From a virus (lineage: Duplodnaviria > Caudoviricetes), in the IMG/VR virus record IMGVR_UViG_3300024974_000006, positions 1 to 63,455 of that record: a stretch of DNA of 63,455 nucleotides. One strand, 5' to 3'. The notes beneath the pieces are model-generated. The model worked only from the letters and a program-made list of their open reading frames with translations. It had not been told where the DNA came from and made no database searches. Shown here piece by piece: positions 35,301 to 44,756 of the stretch. Made by a program: the position numbers and the translations under genes. The first letter of the stretch is position 1; every line of letters starts with the position of its first letter.

Positions 35301-36578
35301 TGGATCTACAGGTTTATCTTTCTTAGGAAGAGTAAGATTTCTTAAATTAGAGAGGGTAGCATTATAAACTTTAGAATAATTTTCATCTTCATTATTGATA
35401 CTTCTAGCAAAGCTATCAGCATATTTATTATATACTTTTGAAACTGTAGGATTAGAAATAGAGGATTGATCAGAGAACTTATCAATCTTTTTATTCTCTT
35501 CTCCAGGCTTAACAGGCTGTCCAGTAAATGGATGAGTGACTCCAGCCATACCACCACCCATTACACCACCTACAATACCTCCTTCTACCAATGCATTTAA
35601 TGCACCTTCATGAATATCTTTAGTAGGGTCAACATAATCTTTAATAGCTTTATTAGAAATTAATTGCTCACCATAAGATTGTGGCATTTCTTGAGCAGCT
35701 TCTTTAGCAGCATCCTTGCCTATAGCTTTAAATACATTCCTGGTAATCTTACCAGCGCCACCACCTACCAACGTGCCAATAGCACCACCACCAGTAAGTA
35801 ATCCAATACCCCCAGTACTAATAGATGTATCAGTGAATACATCATTAGCAGCCTTATCAGCTAAGATACCTTTAGCTAACTCTTCTCTTTGAGGAAGTGG
35901 TAGGGTAGGATCAATCTCCGAGAGGGTTTGATGAAATAAAGGATTCTTCCTATAAACTTCAATAGGAGTATTAAGAGCCTCTTGTCTAGTTTGATTAGCA
36001 TTCTCTGCACCAGCGACTACCCCCTCAGCCATACTAGCGCCTAAAGCACCACCTACTCCCAGCTCCTTTACAATCTTAGAAGCATTAGCTAATTTAGTTA
36101 AACCTCCAGCAGGAGCAATAGTAGCTAAAATATCTGGAGCACTGGCAGCCAATCTATGAGCTAGGGTAGTAGCTGTAAAATCTCCAGTATAGTTACCATC
36201 TTTATCAAATAATTGTTTAGCAGCTTCTTCCTTGAAAGATGGAGAAGTAGATTCAACTAACTTCTTAGCTGATTCAGCGCCTTTAATTTGTTCTCTAGTA
36301 GCTGTATCATCAGGGATTAATCCTAGTTTTCTACCTACTTCAATAGTAGCTCCACCAAGGTTAACAGTACTAGCTAAGAAGGTTTTTCTTAAATTTCCTG
36401 TTAATCCTGGTTCATCTTCAGAGGGCGCTTTTTGGAGATACTCAGAGAAATAATCCCTAGAAGGAGTTGTTCCTAGTTGTTTCTTTTGGGGACTTGTTCT
36501 CCTACCTACAGTAGGTAAAGGAGAAGACTCATAAGAATCACCACCATAACCCTCTAAATTTCCTAAGTAATTCGCCAT
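29325..36578 (-). CDS. Large internal virion/ejection protein (polyvalent-protein-like) with a zincin motif
   Basis: 2417 aa; last gene of the structural arm; Gly/Ala-rich N-terminus; AHELVGHYG; C-terminal region resembling LPD38. Confidence 0.7.
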   Translation of the reverse strand: MANYLGNLEGYGGDSYESSPLPTVGRRTSPQKKQLGTTPSRDYFSEYLQKAPSEDEPGLTGNLRKTFLASTVNLGGATIEVGRKLGLIPDDTATREQIKGAESAKKLVESTSPSFKEEAAKQLFDKDGNYTGDFTATTLAHRLAASAPDILATIAPAGGLTKLANASKIVKELGVGGALGASMAEGVVAGAENANQTRQEALNTPIEVYRKNPLFHQTLSEIDPTLPLPQREELAKGILADKAANDVFTDTSISTGGIGLLTGGGAIGTLVGGGAGKITRNVFKAIGKDAAKEAAQEMPQSYGEQLISNKAIKDYVDPTKDIHEGALNALVEGGIVGGVMGGGMAGVTHPFTGQPVKPGEENKKIDKFSDQSSISNPTVSKVYNKYADSFARSINNEDENYSKVYNATLSNLRNLTLPKKDKPVDPIIKQEAEQAIKDITSAHESRARTEAISKSLQEEKNNAVKVGQESADSSVASDNKLTPEEELKATSSKATPEVPKAPEATPEVPKAPEAIPEVPKAPEATPEVPKAPEAIQEVPKAPEATPEVPKAPEAIKEPTIAYHPRFGEVNITSINPDGTADFTYQKNGKQVSGLAPVNLLTDKPKSKEAVPTEVIPSQKEKSTEKSTKVENNSLLEEIESIENRKAPINIQGTLFKTKTREALVQEKISKNTRELEGLKAELSLFEGSTDKNSKQYVEELKSNIEHFTNQNKEYNDLIPELQKRDARDSRRSDVKGYMQSTKDELDAAVKDGDLSKVEAQKIVIEASSISNSLEATDYIQNKIDEAQKQNANKIKGPTTTNVSGSTQSQVRQESKDTTGSSGGVRTSGSENGKIEKDRKTKELRDQIATKTQELRAMADQKKAGEDTHGFRDRAAEIVKLEAELEAHLKTKVPTTKVTPEKKAAPKAKKVVKEPTHNLVKQQEITFDASNLPTENDPYGLSILTNKLTPEEQKSIKAVVVKTPSKQAQKADVMIEYTNANGSKGYKTVSIPIKSIINLPAKVLEVKDVIKKNNTINEALVAIDNVEDQVDIEVAKEVFEENLPPQTVINDVEEDSTEYVPKVLDDLVSDEETVVDDSIIDQAIINEINKATNKAKEASTELTPEQDEEYANLLASIDAIDKQIAYEKGAADPDKELLNELRLERGVLASRRDAIVVVERKDVVKTRIRASDMETRDEVDSEGEVQTLRLDISDKDAWRKPTKIVINHAANFDIFTKIKNGLNQILLGNGLTFEYVEDFATKDWSKTPIAHSTDLMYANGVHKKLADGTTHIYINGARFPNPMNMVGTIAHELVGHYGVRALFDVEVMDRDGNLIIENKYDEFLLSMLNNKDGGKLKDDIMATMTGWDSYLYSWMAVNIDGFANMNSTQKKQAYIDRVNNLPSHQKVVFNSVDTNGKAIKKVIPLSVALKLADEYMAELAKAKFISDTTFIKNRVGLGDKSSPKRTDLRRNRENWLNNIISKIKHLLKRYYGNSFDTLTREDLESAIAESTDRIFDTINPAEQWFSDKPFGKIPTVANESAEVNSDVRDGNQSYSIGDTQLPPEQIIHQYSPYSLLEDEKAFGSVFLSGFGELSDNVFTRAYKKFNNTLKHTPILKSMRVFGDMQYEEAYSGIANITKGKIANIEEATTALSHALKGLDPLQNQAVLEYFITKGAKVDDLPVTAIQKKVILKAKTAIRETGKYLSDLGAIDKNVFEKNEDAYLHVQYLKFVKAYRGSGKRPSALSWMKKKKERSELDKLALGQIKDVRFLVAETYGVMARDHLLLEMFNTINKVSKTDSTYWVLTNNAEIKYSGHRLSIDKAYEQLEQNLYIINELNKEDQNNFFSNSKVSIDAFKESTVKLEEDIRKIEDKIITDAHEHALQIGQTTSDDKDAFLKDNYVRLPKNKQMGALSGKYVRKEVANDLESFVAPYNTAHKDNIEKFFAPNGTLERVNRFWKLSMVGLNPASWVRNFFGNFALLDLGTSTSKVKLIGMLTDELIKAKNGQQSSYWKMANDYGLFGTTFSAVELQDIYSQYGDELEAAQAAYAQRKSTSLDDILHFTDERVMAMLKMAGHKTSATTSKMFAFLEGTFKTVAFRDYIQTWETQNNKKLDDLDNNHKQVLLTKAANHANETLFDYTQVHSWVRTLRRIPFGAPFLTFTYKAGPAAIRAMIKHPLKFAQYATLPALLTMISQMANDWDDEDIRKFKRRLPDYYRHNAGTAFLPFKDSSNRPQILPLDYLIPWSQYVTAARKVHENYVEDGMESPISTGVQSVGTVFNEFGFLGGPTPTAVAAMLNGKDSFTGKNIMTPGASGSQQLSELMLFSMNIMTPAWLSSHGWASKMVDTFVTNTPPKDRFGDIKSTPGQVLAGITGFGAIGVSESGDYNRKKYYQKRLQEVATLRSKVVHDRNLSFEDRASKLRDINSRSKLIRTQMQEEF
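34916..35102. repeat. 30-bp tandem repeat, six copies, encoding A(T/I)PEVPKAPE
   Basis: Unit tagcttcaggggctttaggaacctctgggg. Confidence 0.97.
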
Positions 36579-36591
36579 TTGGTTCCTTTAA

Positions 36592-37824
36592 TTATTGTTG
36601 TAAACTTGCAAGTACCGAGTTAGCACTTTCTTTATCTATACCATTTTTAGCTAGTATTTTAGCAATTATAGAAGGATCATTATTAGAACTAGTAATTTCT
36701 GTCATATCCTCACTTGGAAGAATTAAACTTAAATCACTATGGGTAATAGGTCTTCCATAAATTTGTTTAAAAGCTCCAGCTCCAGCAGAAGGAGAAAAGG
36801 TACCAGATGTTTCAGCACTTTGTCTGAAATTTAAAAAACTTTTATTTTGTTCATTCTCTAAGTTACCTATAGATATATTTTCTTTACCAGCAGCTTCCCT
36901 ACGTTTAAAAGCTATGTCAGCCATCTTAGCATTTTCAGTAATACCTTGTGTATTCGCATCAGTACTAGCGGACAATTCCTGTTTGTATAGGTCTCCTAGT
37001 CTACCAGATAATTCACTCCTACCTTGAGCAGATGCTTTTAGATAAGCATTTCTTAAACCTTCTAATTTAGATGATTTATCCATCGCTGCTGCATCAGCGT
37101 ATCTTTGATTAGATATTTCAGCTTGTTTAGCAAAGTTAGCTTGTATTTCAGGTCTACTATTCCTATCAATAGTTTTAGATAAATAATCTAAACTCTCTGG
37201 AGATAGCATTTTACCATTATTAAATTGAATTGTGCTAGTTGATCCATTAGGAGTATTAATACTTAACTTACCTTTTTCATCTTGAGAAAGAGAAGTATCT
37301 CCAGATATCGACCCTCTATTTGGGCCCGTTGCTTCTGATACAGGTTTGAATGCAGCAGGAGCTTGAGTTATAGGTGTAGAAGGAGTAGTTGATACAGGAG
37401 TTACATCAGTAGATTCTGGTATACCCCCTTTACCAAATAATACATTTCTGCCTACTTCTATTAACGCCTTTCCAGAATTAGTTGATTCAGTAGCTAGTTC
37501 TTTAGCAGAAGTAGCTGCGCCTTGAGCAGCAGCCCCAAAAATACCTTTATTACTTATATTACTAGCAGTATTAGATAGAGTAGTGCCTATAGATTGATCT
37601 AAGATTCCAGGATCACCTCCCAGTATCTTTACTACATTTTGAGCACCAGTTTTAATAGCTGATGGAGTATTAGCGCCTGTTCCACTAGCATCTGCATTAC
37701 CAGCGATGGTGCTCTTAGTCCCAGCAGAAGCTTGGGAACGTTGAGTACTTCTTCCAGCAGGAGAAGGGGTAGGAGAAGTAAAATTAGCTCCTATTTTCTT
37801 TAATTGTTCTGGACTATACGCCAT
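36592..37824 (-). CDS. Putative internal virion protein
   Basis: S/T/A/G-rich; lies next to the giant gene. Confidence 0.55.
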   Translation of the reverse strand: MAYSPEQLKKIGANFTSPTPSPAGRSTQRSQASAGTKSTIAGNADASGTGANTPSAIKTGAQNVVKILGGDPGILDQSIGTTLSNTASNISNKGIFGAAAQGAATSAKELATESTNSGKALIEVGRNVLFGKGGIPESTDVTPVSTTPSTPITQAPAAFKPVSEATGPNRGSISGDTSLSQDEKGKLSINTPNGSTSTIQFNNGKMLSPESLDYLSKTIDRNSRPEIQANFAKQAEISNQRYADAAAMDKSSKLEGLRNAYLKASAQGRSELSGRLGDLYKQELSASTDANTQGITENAKMADIAFKRREAAGKENISIGNLENEQNKSFLNFRQSAETSGTFSPSAGAGAFKQIYGRPITHSDLSLILPSEDMTEITSSNNDPSIIAKILAKNGIDKESANSVLASLQQ

Positions 37825-37835
37825 TAATTGTTTCC

Positions 37836-39692
37836 TTATAAAGCATAATTTCTATTTTCATTACCACTATAGCTAACACCACCAGATAGACTAGCAGATA
37901 CATTTATAGCGGATAAAGCAGAAGTACCTATAGATTGATATATAGAACCAGCAGCTATTCTAGCATTAAGCATAGCAGTGTATGAACTCTTTAAACTCTC
38001 TAAAGTAATTTGAGCATTTGTAATACCTAAATCAGATTTATATTTATTCTGTATTATAGTGTTTTCAGCAGATTTTAGAGCTAGTTCACTTGATGCTTGA
38101 GCTAATTGTACATCAGCCAAATACATCTGAGTCTCACCTTTATAAAGATCAACAGCTGCTTGATATACTAACTGATCAGCTTGTACTTGTTTAATAAATG
38201 CTTCTATATCAGCTTCATATTTCTTAATATTCAATTCTTGAATATCTACAGCCATTTGAGCTTTTTTAATTACTACATCTGAAGTAGCTGCATATCCTTG
38301 TATTCTAGATACAAAAGCTTTGACCTTAGCTTCAAATACATCTACCTTGGCTAACTCACCTTTCATCTGATCTGCATACATTCCATATTCAGCAGCCTTA
38401 GCTCCTACAAGAGCTGTATACGCTTGAATATCAGATTTATAAGTCTCTAATTTAAGATTTTCAGCTTTAAGCTTTTCAGAGATAGTCTCTACTAATGTTT
38501 TATATATCTCTACATTAACTTTAACACCATCTAATCTAGCAAGATAGATTCTAATATTCTGTTCGTTAATATCTCCTTTTAACTTTTCAGCTTCTATCTC
38601 AGCTTTGAATATTTCTATTTTACTAAGTTCTGCTTGGACTCTAGCTGAGTAGGCAGTGGCAAATGCTTTATATGCTTCTACTTCACTTTGAAATACACTA
38701 ACTTGAATCTTAAATATTTCAACTGCAATATCTTGAATATATTTAGCAACTTCAAAAGCTCTTTGGACTATTTGCTGATGCTCTTTAATTAGTAAATCTT
38801 CAAGAGTTATAGCTTGCTGAATAGAAGTTTTTATATTCTCTTGTTCTAACTCAGCTTGTTTAATCATTATCTCTCTACTAAGATCTATAATCTTAGCTTG
38901 AGTTTCTTGTACAATCTGATCTAAGGCAGCTTGAGTAGCCCCCGTTGGACGACTAAATCCTGTAGAAGCCCTATCTATCAATAGAGTTCTTTCAGCTAAT
39001 AATGAAGCCCTAGACTCTCTATCCCTAGCTCTAGACCATAAAGCCTCCTCTACTTCTGGTGATAACCCAGTGCCACCAGCTAATCTAGAGAGCAACTCAT
39101 CCTTTATACCAGTTAATAGTGGAGATGAATATAAATCTTCATTAAAAGAAAAAGTAACTCCTGGAACTACTAAAGAGTTGGAAGTAGGAAAATCTAAATC
39201 AAATAAAGGGATGTCTAAAGCTGAAGCTGTAGGTATATTTAGCGATAGTAAAGTAGGGACATCTGGTAATGGATCACTAGGAGCAATAGGATAATCAAAA
39301 CTAGTATTTATAGTAAAATCTTTTACTGGGATACTTGCATCTAATGGAGAGGGAACTGTGGGTATATTTAATGAGGGGTCAGGCTCAGTAAAAGTAGGAG
39401 GAACTCCTATATCTTCTATTACTGGTAATGTAATTAAAGGTGGAGATGGTGGAGTATGTGTGGTAGTATTAATACTTGGAGCTACTGGTTTAGTAGCAGT
39501 ACCTACTCCTACATGTGTAGTAATAGAGTCGAAAGTAACATTAGGCTGATATGAATCAGCGCTAAACCCTAATAAACCTTGAGCTACACTATCTGCCGAT
39601 CTTACTGCTGATTCAGCATAATCATTTAAAACATTTAACCAATTATCTACATCAGGGACAATTACTTCCCCATTCATATCTTGAAATGCCAT
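37836..39692 (-). CDS. Putative virion/DNA-transfer protein (Pro-rich N-terminus, long coiled coil)
   Basis: Pro-rich first third followed by heptad-rich helices. Confidence 0.55.
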   Translation of the reverse strand: MAFQDMNGEVIVPDVDNWLNVLNDYAESAVRSADSVAQGLLGFSADSYQPNVTFDSITTHVGVGTATKPVAPSINTTTHTPPSPPLITLPVIEDIGVPPTFTEPDPSLNIPTVPSPLDASIPVKDFTINTSFDYPIAPSDPLPDVPTLLSLNIPTASALDIPLFDLDFPTSNSLVVPGVTFSFNEDLYSSPLLTGIKDELLSRLAGGTGLSPEVEEALWSRARDRESRASLLAERTLLIDRASTGFSRPTGATQAALDQIVQETQAKIIDLSREIMIKQAELEQENIKTSIQQAITLEDLLIKEHQQIVQRAFEVAKYIQDIAVEIFKIQVSVFQSEVEAYKAFATAYSARVQAELSKIEIFKAEIEAEKLKGDINEQNIRIYLARLDGVKVNVEIYKTLVETISEKLKAENLKLETYKSDIQAYTALVGAKAAEYGMYADQMKGELAKVDVFEAKVKAFVSRIQGYAATSDVVIKKAQMAVDIQELNIKKYEADIEAFIKQVQADQLVYQAAVDLYKGETQMYLADVQLAQASSELALKSAENTIIQNKYKSDLGITNAQITLESLKSSYTAMLNARIAAGSIYQSIGTSALSAINVSASLSGGVSYSGNENRNYAL

Positions 39693-40846
39693 TATAATTT
39701 CCTCTTAACTTCCATAGGCATAAAATCTATACTCTCCATATCAAAAGAAGTTGCATCAACTATTAATTCAAATTGAAAATACCTAGCAAGTAAACCCTTG
39801 CCTACATCAATTTTCTGTGTTTGTAAATGATTAGTATACTTATTTAACTTATAGAATATTTCGCCTATACCATCTACTCTAACTTTTAAAATTAATCCAC
39901 CTGAGTTTGTAGCTCCTAAATATATACTTGGGATAGATTTTTTATTAGTAGTGCCAAAACTCATTCCAGCAGTTTCTATAATAGATCGGATAGCTACATT
40001 ATTATCAGTAGTTCCACCATACTTATATAACCCTGTAGAATTATAGAAATAATAATTACCTTCATATTCACAACTACCATCAAAATTATAATTAGTATAA
40101 GTAGTTATAGAATTTGTCTCTGGAGATAGAGCATATCCTAAATACGCATTCTGGCCAGAAGTAGTAGGAACAGAAAGAATAAAATCATCGATAATGACAT
40201 TGTATATTTGTGATTTAGATGTTGAAGTTCCTAATAGACTCCATTCATCTGATAAAGATATAATAGATATATGACTAGGTGATAAAGTATCAGTATTAAT
40301 TACTGATTCTATTAAAGTAGCGTAAGATTTATATAAATCCACTAAAGTTGCATCTAATACTAATAGATCTACTATAGTTTCTTGAGTACCATAGTCAATA
40401 CTATCTATTATAGAAAGTATATTGCTAATAGCGTTAATAAAAATAACTTTATCACTAACAGAATCACTTAGACTAACACTTTCTATTAATAGTTCTAGTT
40501 GATAAATTAATCCAGTAAGAGTAGAAGTATAAACTATACTCTCAGAAATAGTAGAATTATAACTAACTAGTATATCATCTATAATAGTTATGATCTCTGT
40601 TATTGTAAGAGACGAGTTAATAGTTTGTAATTCAGTTAATACTAAAGATACAACTTCTGATATAGTAAATGTCTGAGTATATGTTAAATCAGTTGTATAC
40701 TCAATAGAAGAGGATACAGGATAATATGGACCAAGTGGAGTGTCATACCCTTGAAGTTGTGTAGATTCAGAGATAGACACTGAATACACTTCTCCAATTA
40801 GGCTATTTATAGCTGCTCCATTGATTGTAGATCCGTTAATAGCCAT
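39692..40846 (-). CDS. Tail-associated structural protein
   Basis: S/T/I-rich repeats; C-terminal KGL.ARYFQF motif. Confidence 0.6.
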   Translation of the reverse strand: MAINGSTINGAAINSLIGEVYSVSISESTQLQGYDTPLGPYYPVSSSIEYTTDLTYTQTFTISEVVSLVLTELQTINSSLTITEIITIIDDILVSYNSTISESIVYTSTLTGLIYQLELLIESVSLSDSVSDKVIFINAISNILSIIDSIDYGTQETIVDLLVLDATLVDLYKSYATLIESVINTDTLSPSHISIISLSDEWSLLGTSTSKSQIYNVIIDDFILSVPTTSGQNAYLGYALSPETNSITTYTNYNFDGSCEYEGNYYFYNSTGLYKYGGTTDNNVAIRSIIETAGMSFGTTNKKSIPSIYLGATNSGGLILKVRVDGIGEIFYKLNKYTNHLQTQKIDVGKGLLARYFQFELIVDATSFDMESIDFMPMEVKRKL

Positions 40847-40848
40847 TA

Positions 40849-42435
40849 TTAATCCTCAATAAGAATACCCTTCCAGTAAAATCTTCCAGATAAGGTAGTT
40901 GCAGTAGCACCAATTTTGACACTGGCTGTTAGAGTTGTTAAACCATCCCCATGTAAAGGTGCAAATTTATCCCTCCCTTTAACAGCAGCTTTAGTAGTTA
41001 ATGTAGCTGCTAGTAAATCAGTAGTGGCGCCAGTCTTACCAAAAGACACAGTAGGTTGTACTGTAACCGTATTAGATGAAGTTACAATTACACCTACCTC
41101 ATCTACATAAAAAGAAGCTCCAGTAGGAATAGTAATAGTAGATACATCATCTGCTGTCGTCTTTAAGTCAACTATATTAGAAACAATAATAGACTCATTA
41201 CCAGATTGATTTACAAATGGATCACCTGCTCCACTAGCATGTATTAGATTAACACCTGCCATAACATAGCTATTGTCTATTACATTATAAGCACCCCCAC
41301 CAAAGGCAGAAGAGTAACTCTTAGAACCATCAATATAAGCATTAGCACCAATAGCAGTATTATAAAGACCACCTCCGAAGTCTACAGTAACACCATGCCC
41401 TATACCTATAGCCTTCTCTCCCCATGCGAAACAGTTTCCTCCAACAGCTACACCATGATAACCTGTTAAAGCAATATCACCTACAGCCACTCCTTCTAAT
41501 CCAGACGCAGATTGACTACCAATAGAAACTGCACCAAAATCGTAAGCTTTAGATCTATAACCTATAGCTGTGTTTTCAAAGATACTGGCTGAAGCAGTAT
41601 TACCAACATATACCCAAGTGACACCATTATCAGATGTGCTAGTACCTATAGAAGTTGTAACCCAAGTAGGTTCAGTAGTAGCATGTGTAGTTCCTGAGTT
41701 AGTACATACAAAAGCAGAGTTACCAGCACTTGATCCTATTACATCTCCAGCTATTACTGCTAATCCAGTACTCCATGTTTGTCTAAATGCTGCTTTAGAC
41801 AGCCTACCAATAGATAGACTTCTATCGACTTGAGCGTCTGAATTTCTACCCATGGCTATTGAATCAGCACCTTCACATGAAGAATAAGCCCCAATAGCAA
41901 TAGCATAAGTGCCTGTTTGAGCTACAGCATTTGTTCCAATAGATACAGCATAATCTATAGTGGCCTCATTACCGTACCCTACACTAATAGAATAAGGCCC
42001 AGAAGCTTTAGTGTCATAGCCTACTGCTACAGTTCCAGTTCCACTAGCAACTCTAGTTGTTCCAGTTCTACCAGATTGCAGGTTTACTGCATTAGTCCCT
42101 TTAGCATCCCCAGCGTTATTAAATCCTTGTGGAAAAGTCTCTAAAGTAGCCTGAGTAATACCCATATAGATAAAGTCAGAAGTAGTCCAAGATAAGGCAG
42201 TAGTACCTTCTTGTGCTCTAACTACTGTTAGATTATTTCCAGAACGAGCAGTTACTTTAACGATCTCAAATAAAGTAACAGCTATATTAGATAGAGTAGC
42301 ATAGTACCATTCAGTCCCTCCTGGAGTAGGAAAAACTCCACCTATAGTTTCAGCAGTAATAGGGATAGTTGTAGTACTATTATTTATACCTGCTGATAAA
42401 GTCGTCTTTGCATTATTTTCAAATATTTGTGTCAT
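40849..42435 (-). CDS. Tail fibre/spike with YadA-head-like repeats
   Basis: N-terminal FENNA.TTL...EIVKVTARSG..LTVVRAQEGT; repeated (S/A)(I/V)A(I/V)G motifs. Confidence 0.8.
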   Translation of the reverse strand: MTQIFENNAKTTLSAGINNSTTTIPITAETIGGVFPTPGGTEWYYATLSNIAVTLFEIVKVTARSGNNLTVVRAQEGTTALSWTTSDFIYMGITQATLETFPQGFNNAGDAKGTNAVNLQSGRTGTTRVASGTGTVAVGYDTKASGPYSISVGYGNEATIDYAVSIGTNAVAQTGTYAIAIGAYSSCEGADSIAMGRNSDAQVDRSLSIGRLSKAAFRQTWSTGLAVIAGDVIGSSAGNSAFVCTNSGTTHATTEPTWVTTSIGTSTSDNGVTWVYVGNTASASIFENTAIGYRSKAYDFGAVSIGSQSASGLEGVAVGDIALTGYHGVAVGGNCFAWGEKAIGIGHGVTVDFGGGLYNTAIGANAYIDGSKSYSSAFGGGAYNVIDNSYVMAGVNLIHASGAGDPFVNQSGNESIIVSNIVDLKTTADDVSTITIPTGASFYVDEVGVIVTSSNTVTVQPTVSFGKTGATTDLLAATLTTKAAVKGRDKFAPLHGDGLTTLTASVKIGATATTLSGRFYWKGILIED

Positions 42436-42436
42436 C

Positions 42437-44755
42437 TTATATACTGAATCCTATTCCAAACCCCTGATTTGCAGGAAAATTATTAAAAGCATTTATATTT
42501 ATTAATTGGGGGATTGTTACTCCATTTATTAATAAATAATTAGTTATTCTTCCAGATCCAGATACATTAGTATTACACCATGCTAGATAACTATTAGGAC
42601 CCATTTTAATATAGATACCATTACCTCCACCTACTACAGTATGTATAGCCCTACTTTCAGTAGTAGTGGTTGATGGAGCAGGTATACTAGTATAAACTCC
42701 CTGGACGGTACTGATACTAGCAGGAGTAGAAGAGGTAGTCTCCTTAGTATTTACTATTCCTAATAAAGAAGTAATAGTAGTATTTATATTACTATTCAGT
42801 ACCTGTGAATAATAATCTACTACTGCATTAGAATGAGTTATTTGTACCCCATTAGGAAATCTATAAGCATTAGCTGATATTACAGCCTCATATTTTTTAT
42901 TCCAAGTATTTATTGTATTTCTAAACGATGTAAAATCTATCGATTTATTATAATTAAATACACCTACAGAAGTAGATCCATTTATAGCATCATAGAAAAA
43001 AGAATTATTATTCTGTATTGATCTTGTTTTAATAAAATAATGGTTAATTGGATAGATGTATTTATACCCTAAAGCAAGGCCTACTGAATTATCAAAAGTC
43101 CAATCAAGAGTATATTTACTCTCAGTTATTACATCCGTATCCATAACTCCTTCCATAGAAGAGTCAAATTGAGTTAATATTTTACCTTTAATAACCCCTT
43201 CTAATTTAACTAAAGCTACTAACCTAGCATCTCTCTTATAAGTCCTTATCAATGATCTACCTATATTAAATCCAGAAAGAATTGATATATCTCCAGGGTC
43301 ATACATGGTCACTTCACTTATACCACCAGTTAAAGCACTATAATCTAAATCAGTATAATCGTAATTATCTGTAATACCTACATCACCAGTTACTTTAGTC
43401 CCAGTTTTATCTTGGAATTCGTAATTTAAAGTAATCCAGTGTCTGTTATAATAAGTATTGGTTATAGTTGAATCATAAAGAAAACCAACTACCGAACTAC
43501 CTTTAGAGATTACATTATAGGTATAATCAGTACTGGATACATTTCTAGCCCAGTACGCTATTCTTGTTACAGTAGGATAAGTAGGATTATGTGTAAAATC
43601 ATGATTACCTGAAGTTGTAGCAGTTGAAGATATTACTTTAACTCTATTAATACTCTCTACATAGTTAAATGTTGATATATTATAACTAACATTATTATTA
43701 ATAGCAGTTAAATAGTTTGATGAATTAGGAGTACCATTTACTAAAGAAGTATCATTAGATATATTATATGTTATAGCAGGAGAAGGATTAGGGTCTGCCC
43801 ATACTCCATTAGAGTCTAACTTTATTACAAAATCTAGAACAACCATTTTTGAATTAGGGGAAGAAGCTACTCGTTGTTGGAGCAATATACTTAAATAAGC
43901 TCCATCAGGAGAAAATCTAGCATCCCAAACTCTTGGATTATCAAAGAAAGTCATTGTAGGTAACGAAGATACTTTATTAGAAGTAACAGTACCTAAAGTA
44001 TCATGATAGGTAGTTATAGTAAATGTTAGTGGGCTAGCTTCATAATATATATCCATTTTATTAGTAATAGTATCCCCCACTACTTTATCTAAATATATAT
44101 GAATAAAATCCGCAGATTGATAAAGAGAACATACCATACTATACGCACTAGAATAGTAAGCATCAACTACCCCACTTATCCCAGTAACAGATAATGGAGA
44201 ACCAGTCATATCAGAACTATAAACCTTATCCCAATGAGGAGAGACTCCAGAAGTATTAGAAATACTACCTAATACTGGCTGTCTATTATGTAATATACTC
44301 CCAGTAGAAGTAGCATTAAAAGTGGAATACACTTTATCATTTTTAGCAATGAGTGTATCTACATTACTATTAATTAAGGTAGAAATTCCTAATGTTGGGG
44401 GTATGCTAAAAGGAGGAGTGTTTCCATCTACATAAATTGCTCCATCCATTTCTAAACTTGTAGGAAGAGCAGTATAATAATAAGTACAATATACTCCAGT
44501 CTCATTTAATTTTTTAATAGAAATAGGAGAAGTAATTTTAATAGAATTGAATCTATTATTATAGTTACTTTGTTTACTAGATATTACACTGATGATAGAA
44601 CCATCAGACAGTATCTTTTTCCTAGAAATAGAATTAACTCCCTCCTTCTCTGCTTGACTAGAAATAAAATTACTAAACTGTAATGCCTCAGATTTGAGAG
44701 AAATAGCCTTTGTTTTATCACCTTTAAAACTATAAGAAGGGGGGAGGTTATTCAT
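42437..44755 (-). CDS. Putative tail/receptor-binding protein
   Basis: 772 aa; S/T/N/Y-rich, beta-type composition; in the tail module. Confidence 0.55.
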   Translation of the reverse strand: MNNLPPSYSFKGDKTKAISLKSEALQFSNFISSQAEKEGVNSISRKKILSDGSIISVISSKQSNYNNRFNSIKITSPISIKKLNETGVYCTYYYTALPTSLEMDGAIYVDGNTPPFSIPPTLGISTLINSNVDTLIAKNDKVYSTFNATSTGSILHNRQPVLGSISNTSGVSPHWDKVYSSDMTGSPLSVTGISGVVDAYYSSAYSMVCSLYQSADFIHIYLDKVVGDTITNKMDIYYEASPLTFTITTYHDTLGTVTSNKVSSLPTMTFFDNPRVWDARFSPDGAYLSILLQQRVASSPNSKMVVLDFVIKLDSNGVWADPNPSPAITYNISNDTSLVNGTPNSSNYLTAINNNVSYNISTFNYVESINRVKVISSTATTSGNHDFTHNPTYPTVTRIAYWARNVSSTDYTYNVISKGSSVVGFLYDSTITNTYYNRHWITLNYEFQDKTGTKVTGDVGITDNYDYTDLDYSALTGGISEVTMYDPGDISILSGFNIGRSLIRTYKRDARLVALVKLEGVIKGKILTQFDSSMEGVMDTDVITESKYTLDWTFDNSVGLALGYKYIYPINHYFIKTRSIQNNNSFFYDAINGSTSVGVFNYNKSIDFTSFRNTINTWNKKYEAVISANAYRFPNGVQITHSNAVVDYYSQVLNSNINTTITSLLGIVNTKETTSSTPASISTVQGVYTSIPAPSTTTTESRAIHTVVGGGNGIYIKMGPNSYLAWCNTNVSGSGRITNYLLINGVTIPQLININAFNNFPANQGFGIGFSI

Positions 44756-44756
44756 A

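Noticed and set aside
34809-35367. + strand ORFs with repeats (GALGTSGVAS; FRGFRNLWGS)
   Set aside because: Antisense shadows of the minisatellite in the giant - strand gene
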